A stretch of 63,454 nucleotides of DNA, the filler included, from Octopus bimaculoides (Eukaryota), in assembly GCF_001194135.2 (NCBI RefSeq). It is 5 parts of 5 records of this genome, joined end to end, with 100 filler letters (N's around TTAATTAATTAA, not from the genome) between each part and the next. Parts side by side here need not be neighbours in the genome. Positions count along the whole stretch, not along the records: positions 1 to 15,080 come from NW_026312738.1; 4 more parts are not named here. One strand, 5' to 3'. The translations under genes were made by a program, and so were the position numbers. The notes under the pieces were generated by a model. The model saw nothing but the letters and a program-made list of their open reading frames with translations, searched no databases and was not told the origin of the DNA. Positions 1 through 12,464 of this stretch are shown one piece after another. Numbering within the stretch: position 1 is the stretch's first letter; every line of letters begins with the position of its first letter.

Positions 1-1
1 G

Positions 2-46
<45 letters not shown>

Positions 47-1008
47 GTGTGTGTGTATATATATATATATATATGTATGTATATATATATATATTTATAT
101 ACATACATGCATGTACCTATATATATATATATGTATAAATATATATATATAAATATATACAAACACGGGCACACACATATACACACACATATATAAATAT
201 ATACATATATATGCATATACATATACATACATACATGCATGCATACTCATACATATCTCTCTCAATCTCTCTCTCTCTCTCTGTATGTATATGTACACAC
301 ACATATATATGTTTCTATGCTTATGTGTTTATGGCTGCGTGTTTTTGCTAACGTTTGTTCATTCACTTCAACATCAACTCCATTCGCCGCCACTACACCA
401 CCCCGGACGCATTGCATTGCAGCCTACCAGTTGCCCACTGCCCTCCTCCGCCTTTGTCCAATAGAGAGTCAGGTAGGAAATTTCCACACGTCGGTGTCAG
501 AAATGAATGGGAGTAACCATACATTTATGGCTTTCTCACACGTTCCTGGTTCTTCATTCACTATTTGTATGTATGCATGTATGTATGTATGTATGCATGT
601 ATGTATGTATGTATGTATGTATGTATGTATGTTTGTATGTATATTTGTATGCATATATGTACGTATGTATGTCTGTATGGCTGTATGTGTGTATGTGTGT
701 ATGTGCGTATGTATGCGTGTATATATGTATATATGTATCTATATATGTATGTTTTTATCTATATATCTATCTGTTTCCTCTTTTCCTTTCTATATTTCCG
801 TTACTTCCTTTGTGTATGTGTATATTAAATATATATATCTATGTATAAGGTTTAGATTTAGATTCAAAAATTGAATATGGTACTTATGTTTAGGCACCAG
901 AATATAGTATGGTATGGTATTATATAAAACCATTCCAAAAACTAGGTGGATTTGAAATGTTGCCACAATTATGATATGTCTATTCTACTGTAATTTTCTG
1001 CATTTTCG

Positions 1009-1096
1009 TGCAGCTGAAGATTGCTCTACATATTGCATTTAATGTAATGCTCACATTACTTAAATAAATGGAGTAGCATGAAACGTGCGTACTGCA
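1009..1096 (+). ncRNA. Type I hammerhead-ribozyme-like motif (probably PLE-derived, degenerate stem II)
   Basis: TGCAG-CTGAAGA-[stem II with ~45-nt insert]-GAAA-CGTGCG-TA|CTGCA. Stem I TGCAG/CTGCA pairs perfectly, core CUGAAGA and GAAA are intact, and stem III is a near-palindromic ACG(TG)CGT. Confidence 0.55.
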
Positions 1097-1309
1097 ACCA
1101 TCTTTAAAATCCTTGTTGCTTATTTTGATTTTTATATCTATGTATATATATACATACATACACACACACACACAAGTACACAGATACACACACACACACA
1201 CACTCGTACTCACATATTCATTGACTGTCATAGATGATTAAACAAACGACACAATGAGCAGGGAACAAATTTCGTAAGTGATACATATATCTTTAATACC
1301 AGCTGCATA

Positions 1310-1709
1310 TAACTTCAAATTAGTCACAGTTCAGTTCAGTCTATTATCACTGAAGATTTGGGTATGAAACGCGTGTCGACTAAGTGTGTGCCAAAACTGC
1401 TTTCAGCTGACCAAAAAAGACACTCGGATTTCAACTGCTCAAGTTCTTGATTGTGTCGAGAGCGATGAAAAACTTTTTGAAAAATTTGATGCAGATTCTC
1501 TGCTCAGCTTTCTTTGTCATGCGACGATCACACGCTACACACCTTCCTTCCAAGCACTGCTATAAACAGAGAAATTGAGCTAGAACGTTAAAACTTAGGG
1601 CACGTTTGCAGCAGAGGTCAAGGTCAATCTGTGTCAAGCGGCTTCACTCTGCATGCTCTAACTTCGTTACTATAGCAACAGTCCGAATACTTTTTGATCA
1701 GACCACGTA
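1310..1709. mobile_element. Rearranged mariner (Tc1/mariner) relic
   Basis: Plus strand 1320-1475 reads SVQSIITEDLGMKRVSTKCVPKLLSADQK (mariner WVP-type motif). Minus strand from 1709 starts TA+CGTGGTCTGATCAAAAAGTATTCGGAC (TIR-like) and leads to MTKKAEQRICIKF, a mariner N-terminus. Confidence 0.65.
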
Positions 1710-1925
1710 TTCATCCGTGCACACTTCTTTCTTTGTAATCAATTTTTTTTCTGAACTCAGTCCTGCATGTTGTCTCACTTAAAGCGCTAAAGATTTTGTT
1801 TAATCAATTTTATTAACGCTTATTGCTTACCCTCAATGTTTATTAATTCAGGGCATGCGCCTCACACACACGAACGCACAGACACATACACAAACACAAT
1901 TATCTGTAAGTATCTATGCTTTTTT

Positions 1926-2145
1926 AAGGCGGCGAGATGGCAGAATCGTTACTGCGCCGGGTGAAATGCCTGGCAGCATTTCGTCTGTCTTTTACGCTCT
2001 GAGTTCAAATCCCGCCCGAGGTTGATTTTGTTCTTCCTTCATCCTCTCGGAGTCGATAAAATAAGTTATCAGTTGAACTCTGGAGTTGGTCAAATCGACT
2101 TACCTCCCCGCTTGAAATTGCGGGCCTTGGGCCAAGATCTGAAAT
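1926..2145 (+). mobile_element. tRNA-headed SINE family C (GGCGGCGAGCTGGCAGAA...)
   Basis: A-box-like TGGCAGAATCG and B-box-like GAGTTCAAATCC. Other copies at 38135-38240 (-), 40375-40575 (-) and 60400-60570 (-). Confidence 0.8.
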
Positions 2146-2200
2146 CATCGTCGACATCATCAGCATCATCATCATCACCACCACCTCCACCACCACCATT

Positions 2201-2364
2201 AGGAATGGCTGTGTGGTAAGTAGCTTGCTTACCAGCCACATGGTTCCGGGTTCAGTCCCACTGCGTGGCACCTTGGGCAAGTGCCTTCTACTATAGCCTC
2301 GGGCCGACCAAAGCCTTGTGAGTGGATTTGGTAGACGGAAACTGAAAGAAGCCCGTCGTATATA
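2201..2364 (+). mobile_element. SINE family A head; its body probably lies at 2690-2917
   Basis: Close match to the 8717 head, ending GAAGCCCGTCGTATATA. Confidence 0.85.
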
Positions 2365-2647
2365 GGTGTATCTCACCAAGGTAACAAAAACCAGAGCATG
2401 AGGCAACATCAACGCCCATCCCACCAGGAATCAAAGAGGGATCCTTTATATTGAACACTCAATATTTCATCTACATTCAATACTTTCTTTCATGGTGCCA
2501 TCCATTTTTATTTTATTTTATTTTATAGTGTATATTGTATATCATATTATATATTGTATATTCCATATTCTATACCCCACATTAGTTCTGCAGGAATATA
2601 AATAAAGCATAAAAAACAGACAGTGTTGGAACTCTTTTAAGCAAAAT

Positions 2648-2689
<42 letters not shown>

Positions 2690-2704
<15 letters not shown>

Positions 2705-2917
2705 TTGTGTGTCTGTGTTCGTCCCCCCACCATCGCTTGACAACCTATAGTGGTGTGTTTACGTCCCCGTAACTTAGCGGTTCGGCAAAGGAGACCGATA
2801 GAATAAGTACTAGGCTTCCAAAGAATAAGTCCTGGGCTTGATTTGTTCGACTAAAGGTGGTGCTCCAGCATGGCCACAGTCAAATGACTGAAACAAGTAA
2901 AAGAATAAAAGAATAAA
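2690..2917 (+). mobile_element. SINE family B body with (AATAAAAG)n tail
   Basis: Matches 8950-9150. Further copies at ~5720-5910 (+), 62745-62850 (-) and 63050-63260 (-). Confidence 0.8.
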
Positions 2918-2920
2918 AGA

Positions 2921-2921
<1 letters not shown>

Positions 2922-2974
<53 letters not shown>

Positions 2975-2996
2975 AAAATGATGTTGTTGCTGCTGT

Positions 2997-3052
<56 letters not shown>

Positions 3053-3057
3053 GTGAT
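2922..3057 (+). repeat. Compound (ATT)n + (GAT)n microsatellite
   Basis: Directly visible; it is the source of the poly-H/N/I ORFs in the track. Confidence 0.97.
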
Positions 3058-3497
3058 GACACCAGCAGTAATGCCACCGATTTCCAAGTGTCACACGGTT
3101 TATCTTACGTGACTCTTTCCTCAATACATATTATTTGAGCTTATTCAATGTCTAGATGATGTCCTTGACAAAATAAACCCAAACTCCCCACCCCAGCAAA
3201 ATGTTTTTTTTTCCCCGCCCCACCAATCCTCCCCTAAAAGCGAGTAAACTAATAAAATGTCAGCCTCGGCAAATAACAATCACCAGGAGCCTATCCCTAA
3301 ATCGGTCGACTCGCTAGAAAGAGCAGACTCTTCACCTTCGAGTGAACTCCAAATTGTTTAAGGCATCAGTTTTCTAACATTTTGGCTTTGTAGCGTACTG
3401 GAGATTCAAGTAAGAAATATAGAATTACAGTTCTATATTTAAGAGATGAGGAATTATGTACATTATTTACATTATTCACATTATTAACATTTGACGT

Positions 3498-3870
3498 GGA
3501 GGCGCAATGGCCCAGTGGTTAGGGCAGCGGACTCGTGGTCATCGGATCGCGGTTTCGATTCCCAGACCGGGCCTTGTGAGTGTTTATTGAGCGAAAACAC
3601 CTAAATCTTCACGAGGCTCCGGCAGGGGATGGTGGTGACGAACCCTGCTGTACTCTTCCACCACAACTTTCTCTCATTCTTTCTTCCTGTTTCTGTTGTA
3701 CCTGTAATTCAAAGGGTCAGTCTTGTCATACTCTGTGTCACGCTGAATATCCCCCGAGAACTACGTTAAGGGTAGACGTGTCTGTGGAGTGCTCAGTCAA
3801 CTTGCACGTTAATTTCACGAGCAGGCTGTTCCGTTGATCGGATCAACTGGAACCCTCGACGTTGTAAATA
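3498..3870 (+). mobile_element. tRNA-headed SINE family D (GGAGGCGCAATGGCCCAGTGGTTAGGG...)
   Basis: tRNA-like A box TGGCCCAGTGG and B box GGTTTCGATTCC; conserved body ...CTGAAT(C/A)TCCC..AGAACTACGTTAAGGG... Other copies at 13460-13653, 49803-50106 and 54017-54487. Confidence 0.8.
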
Positions 3871-5011
3871 AAAGAGGAATTGATTATGTAGTAACTGTAG
3901 ACAGTGCTGCTTCAGTTCGGTCAGACATTCAATGTCTGAAGTGACTGCAGGAATAAAAGACTACCATGTAGCCATGGAGCGTTCGTGAATTCAGTCATTG
4001 CACAATAACACACTCTTTGACTTTAGCGTTCCTGAAACAAAAAAAAAATAGAAAAGAAAAATGGAAAAACTTTAACAGAATATGTGAGTGTGTGTGTGTT
4101 TTAATACATTCATCATTTGATGGTTTCTAAACATGGGAAATGGAGCCAACTGCTGCTGTTATCATGTTATTACAAACACAAGCACACATACGCAAAACAT
4201 GCTTAGCCATTTTAGCAACAACAATAACAACATCAATGGTAACAACGTCTTCAACAGCAGAAAGAAAAAAAGAAAAAAAAAAACATCTGCAATAACAGCA
4301 ACTACAATTTCAGCATTAAATCTTGTTTATTAGAAGAATTTCAACTGCTTTGGTAGTATTATCCCTAATCTAAATAAGATGTTCAACTCAGCTTTATTTA
4401 TTCTTTGCTGCCGTCTATCTCTCAGTCTCTCCCTCACTCCGCATGTGTATATGTCTTTGTAGTTCTGTATGTACATATAATCAAACATACACACATCCAC
4501 GCACATATGTATGTGTGTGAGTGCTTGAGTGTATATATATATATACATATATATATGTGTGTGTGTGTGCGCATGCCTGTGAGTAAGCATGTTAATCTGT
4601 CTTAAAACTGATAAACTGATATCGATTAAATCTTCTAATACGATAATCTGATTAAGATACATTGAATGNNNNNNNNNNNNNNNNNNNNNNNNNNNNNNNN
4701 NNNNNNNNNNNNNNNNNNNNNNNNNNNNNNNNNNNNNNNNNNNNNNNNNNNNNNNNNNNNNNNNNNNNNNNNNNNNNNNNNNNNNNNNNNNNNNNNNNNN
4801 NNNNNNNNNNNNNNNNNNNNNNNNNNNNNNNNNNNNNNNNNNNNNNNNNNNNNNNNNNNNNNNNNNNNNNNNNNNNNNNNNNNNNNNNNNNNNNNNNNNN
4901 NNNNNNNNNNNNNNNNNNNNNNNNNNNNNNNNTATATATATATATATAAACAAATAGTAAATGCATATATACGTACAGGTATGTGCGTACCGACATCCAC
5001 CTGTATGTATA

Positions 5012-5135
5012 GGTGCATATCTGGGTACAGGACATTGCAAACAAAACGTAGACGAGAAAACACACAAACCACATAGAGAACATTCTACTTCATCAGCTAC
5101 TCCCGTTTTAACACCGGCGTTTCGAAGAGCTGGGC
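5012..5135 (-). mobile_element. Penelope-terminus-like repeat related to the 6727-6943 arms
   Basis: Shares GCATATC(A/T)GGGTACAGGAC, the CTTCATCAGCT block and the CG(Y)GTTTCGAAG block in the same order. Confidence 0.5.
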
Positions 5136-6726
5136 ACATATAAACGCACACATATATGCATGTACACATATAAATACACATTCAAACACACACACACACA
5201 CACATGTATAGGTCGTCTGCTCTTATTCAAAACTTGACCGTTTCTTGTTTGTTGTGTTTTTCCGTGCACGGGTACCTAAGTGAATTTTGTTGCCCCGAGA
5301 GCTGCTTGAAATTTGCTTCACAAACAAGTAGCACAGTGTTGTTTGTCTCACTTAATTTGTGGATATTTAAATTACTTTTTTAGTGCTACGCGGGAACTTA
5401 CATATCTTACCTCAATGGATAGAATATATTTATCAACACGTGCTTTCGCGCAGACAAAAGAGTTCTCATTCTTGACTTGTTACTATGGAAACAGGGATGA
5501 ATATGTCTGTGGATTATGATTGGCTAAAACTGCCCAAAATTTGCAAAATTTAAAAGCCATTGAATCTTTACTTATTGTTTTATGGCTGAAAGGAATTTTA
5601 TGTCAATGATTAGCATACAAAACTACATCATCACACCAAATATAAAATCAATTAGAACAGAAATTGAAGAAATAGAAAAGTGGCAGCCAAACAGTAAAGA
5701 TCCCGTGTGTGTACGTGCAAGTGTTTCGCTTTTGTCTGTTACCCGCTTAACAACCGGTGTTGGTGTGTTTGCGTTCCTGTAACTCAGCGGTTCGACAAGA
5801 GACAAATAGAATAAATACCAGGCTTTAAAAAACAGCTTCTGGCGTCAATTCGATCGACTAAAAAAAATACCGCATGGCCGCAGTCTAATGACTGTAACAA
5901 ATAAAAGATTATATATACATATATATATGNNNNNNNNNNNNNNNNNNNNNNNNNNNNNNNNNNNNNNNNNNNNNNNNNNNNNNNNNNNNNNNNNNNNNNN
6001 NNNNNNNNNNNNNNNNNNNNNNNNNNNNNNNNNNNNNNNNNNNNNNNNNNNNNNNNNNNNNNNNNNNNNNNNNNNNNNNNNNNNNNNNNNNNNNNNNNNN
6101 NNNNNNNNNNNNNNNNNNNNNNNNNNNNNNNNNNNNNNNNNNNNNNNNNNNNNNNNNNNNNNNNNNNNNNNNNNNNNNNNNNNNNNNNNNNNNNNNNNNN
6201 NNNNNNNNNNNNNNNNNNNNNNNNNNNNNNNNNNNNNNNNNNNNNNNNNNNNNNNNNNNNNNNNNNNNNNNNNNNNNNNNNNNNNNNNNNNNNNNNNNNN
6301 NNNNNNNNNNNNNNNNNNNNNNNNNNNNNNNNNNNNNNNNNNNNNNNNNNNNNNNNNNNNNNNNNNNNNNNNNNNNNNNNNNNNNNNNNNNNNNNNNNNN
6401 NNNNNNNNNNNNNNNNNNNNNNNNNNNNNNNNNNNNNNNNNNNNNNNNNNNNNNNNNNNNNNNNNNNNNNNNNNNNNNNNNNNNNNNNNNNNNNNNNNNN
6501 NNNNNNNNNNNNNNNNNNNNNNNNNNNNNNNNNNNNNNNNNNNNNNNNNNNNNNNNNNNNNNNNNNNNNNNNNNNNNNNNNNNNNNNNNNNNNNNNNNNN
6601 NNNNNNNNNNNNNNNNNNNNNNNNNNNNNNNNNNNNNNNNNNNNNNNNNNNNNNNNNNNNNNNNNNNNNNNNNNNNNNNNNNNNNNNNNNNNNNNNNNNN
6701 NNNNNNNNNNNNNNNNNNNNNNNNNN

Positions 6727-6943
6727 GGTACAGGACGTTAGAACAATGGACTACAGACAACGGAACGAACACATAGGAAAACGGAAAGCCACTTGGAATA
6801 TTCCTTCATCAGCTGTCTCTATTCTAACTAGACGTTTCGAAGTTAGAATAGAGACAGCTGATGAAGGAATATTCCAAGTGGCTTTCCGTTTTCTTATGTG
6901 TTCGTTCCGTTGTCTGTAGTTCATTGTTCTAACGTCCTGTACC
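6727..6943. repeat. Near-perfect fold-back inverted repeat (103-bp arms, 11-nt loop), Penelope-terminus-like
   Basis: 6727-6829 is the reverse complement of 6841-6943 with 2 mismatches. Loop AGACGTTTCGA reads TCGAAACGTCT on the minus strand. The arms contain CTGATGAAG. The left arm is cut by an N gap. Confidence 0.9.
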
Positions 6944-7287
6944 CTGATATGCATATATATACACATGTAGATGTAAGTATGTACATATATGTGTGTATAC
7001 ATGTATATATATTCTTTGTATTATATATATATATATTAACATATTCTATTGACGGTATTATGGTGTATATGTAGGTGTTTGTATGGTGGTGTAAGAGGTG
7101 CCTCTTTATCTGTAGGGTGGCGAAAAGATGCTGTCAGGAGCTTGTGTTTAAGAGGGTGGCTGGGTGTATGTATGTATGTAGGTATGTATGTATGTGTTGG
7201 TGTTTGTATGTAAGTGTTTCTATCTGGGTAGGTCATGAGAATAAATGAAAATATAATTTTGTATGTGACTCTGTGTGTGTGCGTGTG

Positions 7288-7339
<52 letters not shown>

Positions 7340-7535
7340 GGTGTGAGATAAAAATTCAAATAAATAATATGGAATTCTTTTTACATATGTGTGTGTGTGT
7401 GTGAGTGTGTGTGTATGATATAGAGTGTATATGTATGCATATATATTTATATGCATGTGTATTAATATTTATGTATGTGTGAGCATGTCTGTATATGTGT
7501 ATATATATGTATATGTGTGTATGTGTATATCTATT

Positions 7536-7591
<56 letters not shown>

Positions 7592-8584
7592 NNNNNNNNN
7601 NNNNNNNNNNNNNNNNNNNNNNNNNNNNNNNNNNNNNNNNNNNNNNNNNNNNNNNNNNNNNNNNNNNNNNNNNNNNNNNNNNNNNNNNNNNNNNNNNNNN
7701 NNNNNNNNNNNNNNNNNNNNNNNNNNNNNNNNNNNNNNNNNNNNNNNNNNNNNNNNNNNNNNNNNNNNNNNNNNNNNNNNNNNNNNNNNNNNNNNNNNNN
7801 NNNNNNNNNNNNNNNNNNNNNNNNNNNNNNNNNNNNNNNNNNNNNNNNNNNNNNNNNNNNNNNNNNNNNNNNNNNNNNNNNNNNNNNNNNNNNNNNNNNN
7901 NNNNNNNNNNNNNNNNNNNNNNNNNNNNNNNNNNNNNNNNNNNNNNNNNNNNNNNNNNNNNNNNNNNNNNNNNNNNNNNNNNNNNNNNNNNNNNNNNNNN
8001 NNNNNNNNNNNNNNNNNNNNNNNNNNNNNNNNNNNNNNNNNNNNNNNNNNNNNNNNNNNNNNNNNNNNNNNNNNNNNNTATATATATATATATATATAAA
8101 GCCTCCAGCCACTGAGAAAAGCGTACTCTCCCCTGCACGCACACACACGCGTTTACATATTTATACATACTTGAATACTTATACACCTGTATATGTGTGA
8201 ATGAATGTGTGTGTGCAGCCGTGTGTATTGTATTTGCGTAGAGGTGTATTCATTTTTTCTGTGGCCGGAGAAACAACAAAATATACACATGAGTATCAAG
8301 GTATGTATGAAGGAAGTATATAATTTAAGAAATTAAAACAAGTTAACAGCAAAATGTGGAGAGATTAAACAATACAAACTATGGAGCAAACATTTAAACA
8401 TACCAATAACTTAAGAATAGCAGGAATGAGACAAAAAAATTAGGAAAGTAACAAAGAAGAAGTTCGCCGGAGTTACGAGTAGCAATTAATTTAACCTCTT
8501 TTCCCGTTTTATTGGCGACACAGTTAATAATTAACTTATTAAATATGACTTTGTGTGAGTCAAGTTCTTTTGTATTTATGGGCT

Positions 8585-8630
<46 letters not shown>

Positions 8631-8716
8631 GCACATTTATCAAAAAGGCACATGTGGTGGGCTTCATATATATATATATATGTGTATGTATACGTACATA
8701 CATACATATATAGACG

Positions 8717-8889
8717 CAGGAGTGGCTGTGTGGTAAGTAGCTTGCTTACCAACCACATGGTTCCGGGTTCATTCCCACTGCGTGGCATTTTGGGCAAGTG
8801 TCTTCTACTATAGCCCCGGTCCGACCAATACCTTGCGAGTGGATTTAGTAGACAGAAACTGAAAGAAGCCCGTCGTATATATGTATATG

Positions 8890-8953
<64 letters not shown>

Positions 8954-9150
8954 TCTGTGTTTGTTCCCTCCCCCACATCGCTCGACAACCGATGCTGGTG
9001 TGTTTATGTCCCCGTAACTTAGCGGTTCGGCAAAACAGACCGATAGAATAATTACTAGGCTTACAAAAAATAAGTCCTGGCGGCGATTTGCTCGACTAAA
9101 GGCGGTGCTCCAACATGGCCGCAGTTAAATGACTGAAACAAGTAAAAGAG
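8717..9150 (+). mobile_element. tRNA-headed SINE family A/B: head + internal (TA/TG)n microsatellite + body + (TAAAAGA)n-type tail
   Basis: Head GTGGCTGTGTGGTAAGTAGCTTGCTTACCAACCACATGGTTCCGGGTTCA.TCCC...GAAGCCCGTCG, then a microsatellite, then ...CAACCGATGCTGGTGTGTTT...GACTGAAACAAGTAAAAGAG. The same architecture recurs at 41245 and 59668. Confidence 0.85.
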
Positions 9151-10452
9151 TATTACACTATTTTCGATCGTCAATATACTCCGAAAACTTTTAATTCCAT
9201 TTACAGTACACACACACATACACACACACACATAAGAAAAAGGTCCTCGTTGAAAAAGGGGATAACACCACGGAAAGAGATCCCTCTATGTCGTCAGAAT
9301 CACTTCCGCCCAAACAAGGAAGTGTGTACAGCATAATACTTCTAGCTGAAAAAAATTTCGGAGGTGGCTGGGTGGCAGAAAGGCGGTGGGTAGGGAACCT
9401 CTGCCAAAGAAGAAAAGAAATAAAAAGGTCCCACCCCTCCACACCTTTTTTTACTATTCCAATCAATGACTTTACTCCCACTTTTCTCCTTCGAGATTAT
9501 AATCACCGTTTCAACAATCTGCGAACAATTATTCTTATTGTAAGCTTATAAAGACTGACTTAAATATATATAAATCTGGGCCATTTGAACTCCACCCAAC
9601 TTGTTTTGACTGGCTCCCTTCAGGAACGAAACCTGTTCTTTTATTTCTTCGTGTTGCTATTTATTTATTTACTTGTTTGTTTGTTTGTTTATTCTATCCA
9701 GTCAATGGTATAAAATACAGTTGATATTTCGTGAAATTGAAAATACGTGTACTAAGTAAAGTTTGCAAAGATTTCGAGCAACACCGCTCTCTCTCATCTT
9801 CATGTGTGTGCATGCATGTGTTTGTCTGTTTGTTTGTTGGTGTGTGTGTATGTAAAAGTGTGTATGTGTGTGTATGTGTGTATGCTTGTGTGTGTGTGTA
9901 ACAAAACACTAAGTGCTTGTATGTGAAGAGAAAGAATGCTTTAAAACTCATAAAAGTCTTCCTCCTTATGGGGCCAATTACGCATGCGTCATTGGACGTA
10001 AATTCGTTAATGACTGTATGTATCTACTGTATCTGTGTATGCACGTGTGTGTGTGTGACTGCGCGTGTGTGCGTACGTTCGTTCATATGTGTTAGATTTT
10101 TGGGCAGTGAATATACATATAGTGGGTATATATATTTGTATAATATTATATATATAAACATATGTACATATGTATGTATATATATGTGTGTGTGTGAATG
10201 TGTATGTGAGTGCGCTCGTGTGTGTATGTATGTGTGTGTACAATATATATATATGTACATGCATTTATGTAGATGAAAGTTCGTTACATCTAGATTAACA
10301 ACACATTACGGGTGGTCTAAAACGCACGATAGCATAGTAAGCTAATGGTAATCTATTAGTACCCTATTAAGATATTAACACATTCTCAAAGATGAGGTAA
10401 ACGATAATATTGAAAGTAACCAATAATACTCCCGTAAGTATATATACGTGCG

Positions 10453-10494
<42 letters not shown>

Positions 10495-10554
10495 TATACA
10501 CGTACATTTGTATATATATATATATAGATAGATATATATATTACATATTATTTG

Positions 10555-10593
<39 letters not shown>

Positions 10594-11828
10594 TACATAC
10601 ATNNNNNNNNNNNNNNNNNNNNNNNNNNNNNNNNNNNNNNNNNNNNNNNNNNNNNNNNNNNNNNNNNNNNNNNNNNNNNNNNNNNNNNNNNNNNNNNNNN
10701 NNNNNNNNNNNNNNNNNNNNNNNNNNNNNNNNNNNNNNNNNNNNNNNNNNNNNNNNNNNNNNNNNNNNNNNNNNNNNNNNNNNNNNNNNNNNNNNNNNNN
10801 NNNNNNNNNNNNNNNNNNNNNNNNNNNNNNNNNNNNNNNNNNNNNNNNNNNNNNNNNNNNNNNNNNNNNNNNNNNNNNNNNATATATATATATATATATA
10901 TACGCAGATACATTTATCTGTATATGTGTATATGTCATGTGCTTTGTTCCGCCGTATAACCCTATCGCATTTCTTTTCGGAAATTCTAGTCTTAACCACT
11001 TATACCGCGACAGGTGTTATTAATAAACAACCAGTTATTAGCAACACCACATGACAGATTAAGTTATTCATCATGTGGCCAATCAGTTAATCCACTTTTA
11101 ATCTGAAAGGCGGGGTAATTGCTGGTACCGATGGAATTAGTACCAAGCTTTAAAAAATGTATCGAGGTTGATTTTGAAGGCGGTGCGGTAGCATGGCCAC
11201 AGTCCATAGACCGAGGCGAGTAAAAAAAAACACACACAATACTTTCTCATAAAAGGACACAATATGTAAAGTGGCCCTGACCTTTCTGCACATTGGAAGG
11301 AAAAGCGGGATGGCCATGCCTGGATTGCCTTTGATCATAAACCTGCTCAATCAAAATTGACCTTGGGGTTAAAACACTGCAATATCAAGAATAATTAATG
11401 CAGTTTTGGACCGATGATCGATGCCGAAAATATCTCGGTCAACAAAAGTAGGTCAATGCATCTAGGTCAACATATCTAGGACAATATAACTAGGTCACCG
11501 TCTTCGAGAGAATAACGTGTTTAAGGCTTTGACAGCGCATCAAATGAGTCAGATTTCGAACCGGAAAAAGGGGCCTCTCCTATGCAGTTGCATTTCTTGG
11601 CCTGCAAACAACAACAGCTAAATCTCCCTCAAATCGCAAAGATAGGGATGCATTAGAGAACAGCAGTCTTTGATAGACCTAAGGTGAGATGGTCGGAGTT
11701 AGAATGTCGGTGATTACAGCTCTACTGGACGAGGACTCTTACGAGGATGGTGAGACGCTAAGCATCAACGACCGTCAGAACGCGGGGTGAAAATTGCTGG
11801 TGACTGAGGCACTAAGAGTGTAAAAAAT

Positions 11829-11862
<34 letters not shown>

Positions 11863-11865
11863 CTA

Positions 11866-11916
<51 letters not shown>

Positions 11917-11967
11917 ATTATTTAATTCCCCTATTGTACAGTATCTAGCCTTCATCGGATATTCAAT

Positions 11968-12182
11968 AGAAGAAGAAGAAGAAGAAGAAGAAGAAGAAGA
12001 AGAAGAAGAAGAAGAAGAAGAAGAAGAAAAAGAAGAAAAAGAAGAAGAAGAAGAAGAAGAAGAAGAAGAAGAAGAAGAAGAAGAAGAAGAAAAATAAGAA
12101 GAAGAATAAAAAGAAGAAGAAGAAGAAGAAGAAGAAGAAGAAGAAGAAGAAGAAGAAGAAGAAGAAGAAGAAGAAGAAGAAA
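11968..12182 (+). repeat. (AAG)n microsatellite (~70 units), continuing as a purine-rich AG/AAAG tract to ~12660
   Basis: Directly visible. Preceded by (TAG)n at 11828-11915. Confidence 0.97.
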
Positions 12183-12280
12183 GGGACAGGTCGAGAGATG
12201 GAGAATAAGAAAGAACCAGGAGACGAATAAGAATTATGAAGAAAGAATGAATTGCGGAAAAGAGGAGAGATAGATAGATA

Positions 12281-12351
<71 letters not shown>

Positions 12352-12433
12352 AAGAGAGAGAGAGACAGACACAGAGAAAGTAGAACAGAAAGAAAGAAAG
12401 AGGGAAAGAAAGCAAAAAAAAGAAAAGCAAGAA

Positions 12434-12464
<31 letters not shown>

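Noticed and set aside
1349-1380. CTGAAGA...GAAACGCGTGTC resembling a hammerhead
   Set aside because: It is mariner coding sequence (TEDLGMKRVS) with no stem I or II pairing.
1926-3560. tRNA genes suggested by A/B-box sequences
   Set aside because: The boxes are SINE heads followed by repeat bodies, with no intact cloverleaf.
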